From: Paraspadella gotoi
Taxonomy: Eukaryota > Animalia > Chaetognatha
DNA length: 64,000 nt
NCBI GenBank assembly: GCA_051294375.1
Contig: CM119268.1
Coordinates: forward strand, 8,737,008 to 8,801,007
Direction of reading: 5' to 3'
In this document: piece after piece, positions 12,662 to 22,507 of the stretch
How the letters are laid out: every line of letters begins with the position of its first letter
How positions within the stretch are numbered: the stretch's first letter is position 1
Translations under genes and position numbers: made by a program
The notes under the pieces: model-generated
Databases searched by the model: none
What the model saw: the letters and a program-made list of their open reading frames with translations, nothing else
Told to the model about the DNA's origin: nothing

Positions 12662-12964
12662 GCAGAGGGAAGTCCGTTAGGACTGTGGATGGAACACTAC
12701 GCCTGGGATGGTGTGTTCCCCCTCTGAGCCAATGGATTTGGCTGACGGATGGTGGACGTGAGGCGGTGTGAATATACCGCCACACTTGTCCCTTTTCAAG
12801 AGCGAAGACTCAAAGGAGCTGTGCCTCCCAACTTAAAAAAAAAATCGATTTTGATGTTATGGTGAACTAAAAATATATATATATCATTTATATTTTATAT
12901 TATATTTTTATGATCATGCAAATTATAAAATTATGATCCTATTAAAAAGTGTTAACTTATAGAC

Positions 12965-13187
12965 TGTGGCGGTATATTCACACTGCCTCACATCCATCGA
13001 CGTTCAGCCAATCCGACTGGCTTAGTGAGGGAACCCACCATCCCAACCGTTGATTTCCATCCACTTCTCTCTGCTTTGGCTAAGCGAGACTGTCTTAGGG
13101 TAACCGCGCCAATGACAGGAGGCGTCACTGAGTGTCGAAGCCCCCAAAGCCAACAGTGAGATGCCCCATACCCCGGCTATTGCCATA
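12965..13187 (+). mobile_element. Solo LTR, family B (diverged)
   Basis: Termini TGTGGC...GCCATA; flanks AGAC/AGTC (3 of 4 TSD match); aligns with 12528-12784. Confidence 0.85.
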
Positions 13188-13295
13188 AGTCATCATATAA
13201 ATGCCTTTCAAGGTCCCTGAAATTGTTAAAAAAAACCATTTCAAGTTAAAAAAACTAAAATGAACGTTTAAATTAAATAGTCAATATTTAGTTTC

Positions 13296-13449
13296 TGACA
13301 GCTTGTAGCTTAAAGTTTGACAGTCTGTCTGTGTACCATAATGGAAATTTCTAAGTATTTTGTGACAGGTGTCAGTTGACAGATGACAGGTGTCAATAGA
13401 ATACGACCATTGTGCAAATTGACTTTCTGACTTGATTTTATATAAAAGG
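13296..13449 (+). promoter_or_regulatory. Putative promoter of the lectin-EGF-vWA gene: TGACAG cluster plus TATA box
   Basis: TGACAG at 13296, 13318, 13363, 13377 and 13384; two of these are full TGACAGGTGTCA. TATAAAAG at 13441, then a GTAAGT donor at about 13507. Confidence 0.55.
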
Positions 13450-13622
13450 ACCAGCGGATCGAATCAAGTAATTTTATTTTCAAAAAGATTAATTTTTTTT
13501 CTGACGGTAAGTTTAAGATTTTTCGTTTATATTACAAGTATATTATTAACGAACTCTAAGAGAAACGGTTATTCCAAGTATGACGTTTAAAAAATTTAAA
13601 TAGTTTAAAAATGACCTCCACA

Positions 13623-16600
13623 ATGTGGTCGCACCTTGTTTCCGTTGTCGTCGCAGCAGCATTGGTCAATGGACACGCGCCGACGTGGCCAAAATACTTT
13701 CGGTCTCCCGTCAAAGTTTACTACAAGTAACAACTAACATTAAATTTTCTTTTATTATTTATCGCACTTGAATTCTTTAAGAATTTGTCCTTGAGCTTGT
13801 ACTGTTCGCGAAATGTTACCATGAAGTTCTCAAAATTATCCAACAAAAGTTATTTTCTCTCAATGTCGTCTCGAATTACTTTGTCTTTTCACCTGCTAGG
13901 TTCTACGGCGAACCGATGGACTGGCAGTCGGCTCAGGAAAGATGCAAGAAAGATGGGTCTCACTTGGCCATTGTCGACGACGACGTCCCAAAGAAGCTCA
14001 ACCAGAAGCGTCACTACATCATGAGGAAGCTGGAGGAAGACGCATGGATAGGGCTACGAAATGGGAAGTGGGTCGACGGTGAGTTGGTACAGATGTATAA
14101 CTATAAGCCAAGAGAATCCCTTGCTTCTTTTGGACTCGGAAGCGTAGTTTGGGAGTCGGCGTTTTAAAATTTTTATTCGTATAAATATAATTATATATAT
14201 ATAATTAATCTATTCATTCAGATTTTCATTAGATTAGTGTATTTGTAATTTTTTTTATTGGCACATCGTGATCGTTTATAATCGTTTAATTGCCAGGAAA
14301 AAATATGAGGCATTCTAATTATATGCCGGGATCTTCGTCGGGCGAATGTGTCTTTGCTCAACACGGAAAAGGCGGCAGCAGAAGCGACGACGGAAAATGG
14401 CGAGGCGAAAATTGCGCTGCGAAAAAAGTATGAATCTTTTTTTCATACTTAATAAACTAATGGTATCAATTAATTGTAAAACAAAACGTCAAAGCCACAA
14501 ACAACTCTATCATCTATGAGCTAATATCTTGTAATAATTTTAGTGCTTCGTTTGCGAATCGGACAGCTTTTGCGTGGTTAAAAATAAGTGCAAGAACGGC
14601 GGTCAGTGTCAAGGTGTCGGGGACCGTCAGACTAAGTGCGTTTGTCCGGACGGATTTACGGGAGACGATTGCGGGAATGACAACCGTCCTTGCATTGCAA
14701 CTAAGCCTTGTTTGAATGGTGCACAATGTGTCCCTCAAGGCACGAGCTACCACTGCAAATGCAAAGCTGGATTTCAAGGGGTGAATTGCGAACATGATGC
14801 ACGTCCCTGCATTGCTTATAACCCTTGCTTGAATAAAGGACAATGTCTCCGTAATGGTGTTGGATTTACTTGCAAATGCATGGATGGTTTTAAAGGAAAT
14901 AAGTGTGAGAAGGATGTACGTCCTTGCATTGCCTTTAATCCTTGTAAAAATGGAGCGAATTGTGTCCCAAACCGATTAACATATACTTGTAAATGTCTTC
15001 CTGGATTCAAAGGAAAGGATTGTGAAAAGAAGTGTGTCAGCGTGAGTAAAGGTGTGCATAAAGAACAAAGTAGTTTATTTACTTTGTTATTTATTAATTT
15101 ATTAAATGAAAATATAAAATTACATATTTTGTCAACATTTCTCACTCTCATCGTCTTAATTTGCTTTATCAGGAGGTCTTCCCGAGAAGTTGGATTTGGT
15201 TTTTGTTGTAGATGGCAGTAGAAGTGTGAAACCCGGGCCGTTTAAAAAATGTCTTGAGTTCATTGACAAGATCGTGGAAAGAGTGGATGTTTCTCCAAGT
15301 AAAGCAAGAGTTGGTTTCATTGAGTTTTCTAATAAGGTAAGATAAAGCTTGGTTTTATACTCTTTATTTACCCTACCAACACACCACATAAATAAATTTC
15401 CTTTCCTCTGTTTTAATTTCTGTCTTGACCCTCTTCACCTCTTGACCCGTTTTATTTTTCCAATTCTTGTTTTAAAAAGAATTTTTTCCTCTCTCTCTCT
15501 CTCTCTCCCTCTCCCTCTCTTTCTCTGTTTACACTAATGTATCAACAATAGAACGCTTGTTGGGGTGGGATCGGGTTTCCAACAAGAATGTCTGCTTATA
15601 TTGTGAGTTAGAAAGAGCCCATGCCCATTGTCCACTAGAAAATTAGAATTGTTCAGTTGTTAAGTACCATTTATGAAAACTCAAAAATTGAATAATAATT
15701 TTTGTTCACTGAAATCAAAGTCACATTATAAAAGTAATTGATATTAATTAAGGTTAACGAAGTAGATGTAATCGACTTTAAAAAGTCAGAAGACCTTGGA
15801 AAGGCCGGTTTAAAAAGTGAAATATCTCATACGCATTATCACGATGGAGGAACGCTCATTAGTAAAGGTCTGAACCGCGCGATCAAAATGTTTCAAGAAG
15901 AAGGTAATGATTAAGAAAGGTGTTTTTTTCAAATGTATCTTTTCCTTTTAAAATTAATTATATTAGTTATTAAGCAGAATGTTGATATTCGAATTTGTTT
16001 AGGAAACAGTGAAAAACACGCTATTCAAAATAAAAGACTTACGAATGTATAAATGTAAATACAGCTAATAATAACTATTTAAACTTTTTTTCGTAACAGG
16101 CCGAAAAAACGATGCTTCTGTTGAGAAGTACATGGTGCTGTTATCCGACGGTGCCAGTTATGAATCAGATGTGAAAGCGATGTCGTTGGCGGTGACAACT
16201 CTGAAAAATCTACGCATCAAAACTTTTGTCGTCGCAGTTGGTGACGAAGCGAAAACCGAAAGAGCACGGTACTGTCTTTTGACGAATTTCAAGTCTTCTT
16301 GAATTTGCCTTAGAGTCATCGTATATGCGGTATGAGTACATAATATTAGTGAATAACATGTGTTATTATGAAAACGCATATTATTTTTATCCCACCCGGT
16401 CCTCATCAAACTCACAAACCGCAACCAACTCACAAACACTCGGCAAATAAATATATCCACAACCCAGCTAACACTATCTCAACCAACACAACCCCAACAA
16501 CGACAACATAGCTTAATAACTTACATACCAATTACCATCTATTGGTAACAAACTTAGACAATAGACATGCATTTAAAAACATTATTGCGTGGCGGTATAT

Positions 16601-18288
16601 TCAGTTTTTTTATTCACACCGCCTCACATCTACCATCGTTCACCATATTGGCTCAGAGGGGGAACTCGCCATCTCAAGCGTTGCGTTCCATCCACAGTCC
16701 CAACGAATTCCATCTGCATTGGTAAAGCGAGACCGTCCTTGGGTAACCGCGCCAGTGACAGAACGCGTCCAAAGGGTCCAAAGCCAACAGTGGGATGCCC
16801 CATCCCAATGTGCATCACAGAAGGGTCAGGACCAATAGTTGCCTAATTGTGGGGGCCCCACCACTATTTGTTAATAGAAAAGGGGTTTATAAGCTTTCTT
16901 GTAATTGCCAAACCCGACCCAACAACAACGCCACTTCTTACGTAAGAAAAACAAGCGTTTCCATAAAAAAAAACGAACAGAACAACATCGAAGAGATTCC
17001 GCATCATCACAAGAACCTGTAGTCCTTGTAATTTTTTCGAACAAAAACCCAAAAAAAAAACAAGCTTAAATTCGATTTGCATGTTCGTGAGAGCCTGGAA
17101 ATTCGTCGTCAAGGGATAGAAGCGGGAAAATTCTTCGACGACGATCTCTCTAAATACGTAAAAACACACGCATGGAAGCCCCTTCTACAAAAACTAAAAG
17201 ACTATGGTGGACTAAAATCCACCAACCGTTCATCAGCGGCCATTGGTGCCGAGGCAAGTCATTCGCCTCCCAACCCAAAGGTCCGGGGTTCTAGCCCGGT
17301 GGTCGTCTGGCAGTTAAGAGGGACGGGGCGCTTAACCCGCCTGTAACATGGTGTTACAGCCTGATCCGAAGCTCAGGGACTGCTTATATTGAACGGTTCT
17401 GTCATTAACATATATCAATAATCACTGTCTCTTCATTGGTGAGCCCGACTTCCGAACACAACAGCAACAACAACACTTTCAGGCGACATGCCTCAACCTG
17501 GCGATGCACTTTCCGCCCACAACACATCAGGCGACATGCCTCAACTTGGTGACGAACTTTCCACCAACAACAACAATTCACAGAAGAGACGCAACAGACT
17601 TCTCCCTACGGGAGGGGGGATGTATGGTGGACTAAAATCCACCAACCGTTCATCACGGCCATTGGTGCCGGAGGCAAGTCATTCGCCTCCCAACCCAAAG
17701 GTCCGGGGTTCTAGCCCGGTGGTCGTCTGGCAGTTAAGAAGGACGGGGCGCTTAACCCGCCTGTAACATGGTGTTACAGCCTGATCCGAAGCTCAGGGAC
17801 TGCTTATATTGAACGGTTCTGTCATTAACATATATCAATATTCAATAATCACTGTCTCTTCAAGACTATTGAAGATGGGTCGGGGTTCTTCTCTTTCTTT
17901 CTCTTGAACTTTTGTCCTCAACTTTGACCTCATGCCTCTTTTCCTCTTTTCTCTCTCTCTTTCAACATTTTTTTTTACATTTTGGGGTCTATTTTTCTCG
18001 CATTTACTTGTACCATGAACTATGTTAACAGAAATATATTGCTCAGTTAAAAATAATATGCGTTTTCCTCATAACACGACGTTAATCACTAATATTAAGT
18101 CTTCTTGAACAAAAAAGGTTTGTTTATATAATATTTATTTGATAAAATAATTGGAATTCGTTTCACCTTTCAGAACACAATTGAAGATGGTGGCAATGGG
18201 AAAATCAAGTCATGTTTTCGAGGTAGACAATTATGATACTTTAAACAATGAAGTCTTATCGAAGGTGATCGTTTCACAGTGTGATTAA
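13623..18288 (+). CDS. Secreted C-type lectin + 4x EGF + von Willebrand A domain protein (multi-exon)
   Basis: Signal peptide MWSHLVSVVVAAALVNG; C-type lectin motifs MDWQSAQERC and AWIGL; four six-Cys EGF repeats; vWA motif LDLVFVVDGSRSV (MIDAS DxSxS) and MVLLSDG. The last exon ends SQCD-stop at 18288. Confidence 0.85.
16500..17202 (+). mobile_element. Decayed Penelope-like element, C-terminal GIY-YIG endonuclease region, in the last intron of the lectin gene
   Basis: Frameshifted peptides LPSIGNKLRQ, KGVYKLSCNC...YVRKT, RESLEIRR and HAWKPLL, typical of Penelope/Poseidon endonuclease C-termini. Confidence 0.7.
16588..16845 (+). mobile_element. Solo LTR, family B, nested in the Penelope remnant
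   Basis: CGTGGCGG...GTTGCCTA flanked by a perfect 4-bp TSD ATTG (16584-16587 and 16846-16849). Twister P4/L4 is partly deleted. Confidence 0.85.
17236..17306 (+). other. tRNA-like (Gly-CCC-like) Pol III promoter module inside the family A LTR (second copy about 17656-17726); not a functional tRNA gene
   Basis: Acceptor stem GCGGCCA/TGGTCGT, A-box-like TGGTGCCGAGG, anticodon loop CTCCCAA and T arm CCGGG-GTTCTAG-CCCGG. The anticodon stem is unpaired. Confidence 0.75.
17309..17384 (+). ncRNA. P5-type twister ribozyme, family A 5' LTR (predicted cleavage 17333/17334)
   Basis: P5 GGCAGTT/GACTGCT; general-base strand GACG at 17322-17325; UAA; T2 GC/GC; P3 TGTAACA-TGG-TGTTACA; P4 CCTGA-TCCGAAGC-TCAGG. 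The L4 CG pairs with the CG of GACG (T1). Confidence 0.75.
17729..17804 (+). ncRNA. P5-type twister ribozyme, family A 3' LTR (predicted cleavage 17753/17754)
   Basis: Same as the 5' copy except for one G>A in the P2 strand. Confidence 0.7.
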
Positions 18289-19021
18289 AAACTTACCGAG
18301 TTTGTTATCAAGATATTATTTCTAGAATTGATTTTCGCAAATCTATAAATTATAATAACTTTTGATTTTAGATTTACTTTGCTCTTTGCAGTTATAGACT
18401 TTTTATTTACAAGTTATTTGAAAATCATGACTGTAATGGGTATAGCTGTGTATTATTATTAATACATTGTTGCTCAGATGGTATTTTAATTTTTAAAAAC
18501 TTACGACGTAAGTTACGTTTCGCAACCAAACCTGTCTTTTGTTTGAGTTGTCGCTCTTTTCGACGGTGCTGGCCTCTGCTAACGAAGCAATTGAACAGCG
18601 GATTCTATATTTTCTCTTTTCATTCTCGCGCACATATAAAGTTGTTGTCCATCTATTTTCTTCCCATATATTCCAACGTATATATATTATATAATATATA
18701 TATATATATAGTTTGACTGAGATTGAGAAATGAGAAAAATTTTAAATATAATTTGCATTGATATACGGTTCCAACTTCCAGTTACTACTAGCAGCCAAAT
18801 TTTTATTTCAGTTCAGCTTACGCGAAAACAATTGCTTCAAAAACAAAATTGATAATCGTAATTATTTAGAACATTACCTACAATATCTTTAGCGATTCTC
18901 AATGGAACGGCATTATTGAGATAGGATCAGTGTCTCTTAATCAGATCTTCGTTAATTTTTTCCTTTTTTGTTAATTTCTTTTTTCATTGCAGAATTATTA
19001 ATTAATTTTATAATTGTCACG

Positions 19022-21781
19022 ATGGGATCCCTCTTCCGCTCGGAGGAGATGGCCCTCTGCCAGATGTTTCTACAGTCTGAAGCAGCATATGCTTGCGTAT
19101 CCGAGCTTGGTGAGCTGGGCCTTGTCCAATTTAGAGATTTAAATCCCGACGTTAACGCCTTTCAGCGAAAATTTGTCAATGAAGTCCGGAGGTGTGATGA
19201 GATGGAAAGAAAATTACGTTTCATTGAAAAAGAAATACAAAAAGATGAAATTCCGATACTTGACACCAGAGAGAACCCCGATGCGCCTCTACCAAGAGAG
19301 ATGATCGATCTTGAAGCCACCTTTGAGAAGCTTGAAAGCGAGCTTAAAGAAGTCAACACCAATGCAGAAGCTCTAAAGAAAAACTATCTAGAACTTACCG
19401 AGCTTAAGCATGTTTTGCGTAAAACGCAATTATTCTTTGACGAGTCGGAGCGCAATGTTATTGACGTCGCTCAAACAGCTTTTGTGCATGATGGCAGCGA
19501 TGGCTCTGCTCCAGGAGGCGGTGGCGGATCCCCCTTGCGATTGGGTTTTGTTGCTGGTGTGATACTCCGAGAAAAACTGCCAGCGTTTGAGCTCATGCTA
19601 TGGCGGGCGTGCCGAGGAAACGTTTTTCTGAGAACCGCAGAAATTGATACCCCGCTGGAAGACCCTGTTACAGGAGATGAGGTTTACAAGTCCGTCTTTA
19701 TAGTTTTCTTTCAAGGCGACCAGCTGAAAACGCGTGTCAAGAAAATATGTGAAGGATTTCGAGCCACTCTATATCCCTGTCCAGAAACGCCGGCTGAACG
19801 GCGAGAAATAGCTGTCGGCGTGATGACGCGCCTCGAGGACCTCAATACAGTTTTGGCTCAAACGCAGGAACATCGTCATCGCGTTCTATTAGCGGCCGCC
19901 AAGAACATCAAGGTTTGGTTTATAAAAGTAAAGAAGATTAAGGCTATTTACCACACCCTAAATCTATTCAATCTCGACGTAACTAATAAATGCTTGATTG
20001 CTGAGTGCTGGGTTGCAGTCTCCGACCTTGAAAAGGTTCAAAGAGCTCTGTTACGTGGAACAGAGTCATCTGGGAGTTCTATCCCTTCAATTCTTAATCG
20101 GATGCCAACCAATCAAACGCCACCCACCTTCCACAGAACAAACAAATTTACAGCTGCTTTTCAGGAAATTGTTGATGCTTATGGCGTTGCCAACTATCGG
20201 GAAGTGAATCCTGCGCCCTTTAGTATCATCACCTTTCCTTTTCTATTTTCCGTTATGTTCGGAGATGCTGGCCATGGCTTTATTATGTTCCTCTTTGCGC
20301 TAATTATGGTACTGAGAGAACGGTATTTTCTCGCAAATAAAGATGACAACGAGATTTGGAATATTTTTTTCGGCGGACGTTATGTTATTCTTTTGATGGG
20401 TCTCTTTTCCATTTATTCTGGTCTACTTTATAATGATGTATTTTCTAAATCTGTCGACATATTCGGTTCATCATGGATACCTAGTGATGAATACAGCGAA
20501 AAAAGGCTGGCAAAAGAAAAAGAATCCATCATGCTTAATCCTAATGACTCTTATACCATGACTCCTTATCCTTTTGGACTCGACCCCGTCTGGCAAATGG
20601 CTGAAAATAAAATCCTTTATCACGATTCACTTAAGATGAAATTGTCTGTTATTTTTGGCGTCTCGCAGATGCTTTTTGGGACAACTCTTTCATTATTCAA
20701 TTACAGGTCACTTTTTTTGAGGTTAATGATGTTGTTGAGACAGGTTTCTAAAAAATATCATTATGATTAAATTTTTTTATAACAATTTTATTATTTTTTA
20801 TAATTGTAGTCTAATCGGGCATAATTTTACTTTCGCCGACCGGGTTTGAGGGGGTTTAGAGGTAGGGTTAAGAGGGTTTAGGGTTAGGGTAATTAAGTAA
20901 TAATTCTTGTAAAAATTTTTAAGTGATTTTTCAATTTTTTAAAAATTTTCAGATACTTCAAACAGCCTTTAAACATTGCGTTTCAATTCTTCCCGGAAGT
21001 AATTTTTATCAGCGTCACTTTTGGTTACTTGGTCATATTGATTTTCGCCAAATGGCTAAGCGCTTTTTTCTTTGAGTATTCAAACCTTGCGCCATCCTTG
21101 TTGATTGGTCTCATTAATATGTTTCTCTTTAAATATGGTGATGATATGCCTGATTCCGCAAAACCTTGGTTCCCTGGCCAAAAGGCAATTCAAATTACTT
21201 TTGTCCTCGTGGCACTGGCTTGTATTCCGACGATGCTCTTTATCAAGCCTTGCATGCTTTACAAAAGGCACCAAGCGAGGAGAACACATATGTCTGGGTC
21301 AACGAGCATCGACGAGAATGCGGAAGTGGTTCACCATGATGAGCTGCAGCCGCAGGATGAACCCGAGGAGGAGTTTGACATCAGTGAAATTGCAATCAGG
21401 CAGGCGATTCATACAATTGAGTATTGCCTTGGTACTATCTCTCATACTGCTTCATATTTGCGGTTGTGGGCCCTCTCTCTTGCCCACGCTCAACTGTCCG
21501 AGGTGCTGTGGAACATGGTCTTGCGAATCGGACTCTCCTGGCGGGGGTGGGTCGGAAGTGTAGTGCTTGCGGGGACCTTCGCTTTCTGGGCTGTGCTAAC
21601 TGTCGCCGTCCTTTTACTCATGGAGGGGCTATCGGCTTTCCTTCACGCCCTTCGTCTTCATTGGGTCGAATTTCAGTCCAAGTTTTATACAGGGGAAGGC
21701 TACAAATTCCAGCCATTTTCTTTTGCTATAATTATAGATGAGGTTAGATTTTCCATTGGCAGTGATTCGCAGGAGAAATAA
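19022..21781 (+). CDS. ATP6V0A1: V-type proton ATPase V0 subunit a (exons 19022-20706 and 20953-21781)
   Basis: MGSLFRSEEM, FRDLNPDVNAFQRKFVNEVRRC, FPFLFSVMFGDAGHG, SHTASYLRLWALSLAH and HALRLHWVEF. Single phase-2 GT-AG intron. Confidence 0.96.
20817..20890 (+). mobile_element. Partial MITE related to 48022-48151, with TTAGGG-like interior, in the V0a intron
   Basis: Shares AATTTTACTTTCGCCGAC(C/T)GGG and a GGGTTAAGAG/GGGTTAGGG interior with the 48022 element. Confidence 0.7.
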
Positions 21782-22280
21782 TTCTTAATTAATAATTGTA
21801 AATCACTTTAGTATAACCCCTGAAATTTTTTTTTTTCAATTTTTTTTTCATCTAAATAACTCTTCCTTCTTATTAGGAGGAATTGTCCTTTACTTTCTCT
21901 ACTAAGAGCATTTTCCCTTTAATTTCTATAGAAATTTGTTGTTCTGTCTAGATCTTTATTTTATATATGAAAGTTGCAAAATTACTTGTTTCACTCTTTT
22001 TATTTTTTAGATTTAAAATAACTGTTATTTATGATTTTATTTATTTGTTAAAATATTTTTGTGTTAAATATATAAATATATTATTATTTATTTGTTTGGG
22101 ATGAGGATGTTAGTGTTGTCTTCTGGAAATAAAAGGCGGTACAAACAAAACAAAAAATTTAAAAACAAAATAGCAATAAAATTTAGTTTAAGTATATCTA
22201 CCAAAGGTTTTAATCTTTTTTTCTTTGTGTTTTTACCCTATTCTACTAGAGGGCTCTACAAAGAAGGAAGCTTGGATATT

Positions 22281-22507
22281 TGAAGAGACAGTAATTATTG
22301 TTATGTGTTAGTGACAAAACCGTTCAATATAAGCAGTCCCTGAGCTTCGGATTAGACTGTAACACCGTGTTACAGGCGGCTTAAGTGCCCCGTACCTCTT
22401 AACTGCTAGCGACCAACGGGCTAAAAACCCGAACTTTTGGGTTGGGAGACAAATGTCTTGCCTCCTGCACCAATGGCCGCTGATGAATGGTTGGTAGATC
22501 CACCATA
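22281..22507 (-). mobile_element. Solo LTR, family A (diverged; twister general-base G mutated to T)
   Basis: TATGG...CTCTTCA on the minus strand; flanks TATT/CATT (3 of 4 TSD match). Confidence 0.88.

Larger units (their letters stand above)
12043..12784 (-). mobile_element. Complete non-autonomous LTR element (TRIM), family B: 5' LTR 12784-12528, PBS 12525-12512, internal region, 3' LTR 12291-12043
   Basis: Two ~250-bp direct repeats with termini TGTGGC...GCCATA. The 4-bp TSD CTTG lies at 12039-12042 and 12785-12788. TGGTGAGGCCCTAC sits 2 nt after the 5' LTR. The internal region has three ~30-bp tandem units and no recognisable coding capacity. No clear PPT. Confidence 0.85.
17203..17862 (+). 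mobile_element. Complete non-autonomous LTR element (TRIM), family A: LTR 17203-17435, PBS 17437-17449, PPT 17610-17620, LTR 17623-17862
   Basis: Near-identical LTRs TATGG...TTCA. TSD AGAC at 17199-17202 and 17863-17866. PBS TGGTGAGCCCGAC; PPT GGGAGGGGGGA. The 187-bp internal region has a ~45-bp tandem duplication. Confidence 0.92.

Noticed and set aside
12640-12710. Plus-strand resemblance of the family B LTR to the 5S rRNA internal control region (GTTAGGACTGTGGATGG...CGCCTGGGA), suggesting a Cassandra/Ajax-like element
   Set aside because: It is antisense to the PBS and twister. The same bases read as a tRNA anticodon loop and B-box on the sense strand, matching families A, C and D. It is probably coincidental, though a 5S covariance search would settle it.
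12043-13187. Short ORFs in the family B repeats (12234-12578, 12529-12771) and in family A (17488-17766)
   Set aside because: The frames are not preserved between copies and have no recognisable domains; the elements are non-coding.
17203-17435. Interpretation of family A as an ordinary tRNA SINE or as a true tRNA gene
   Set aside because: It has a fixed 33-nt leader before the tRNA part, no A-rich tail, constant 4-bp TSDs and a PBS/PPT-flanked two-LTR copy. The anticodon stem does not pair.
17867-17890. TTGAAGATGGG after the Penelope remnant as a possible hammerhead start
   Set aside because: No helix II or GAAA core follows.
20855-20890. TTAGGG-like run as an interstitial telomere
   Set aside because: Only a few degenerate units are present, and they are the interior of the MITE family also seen at 48022-48151.
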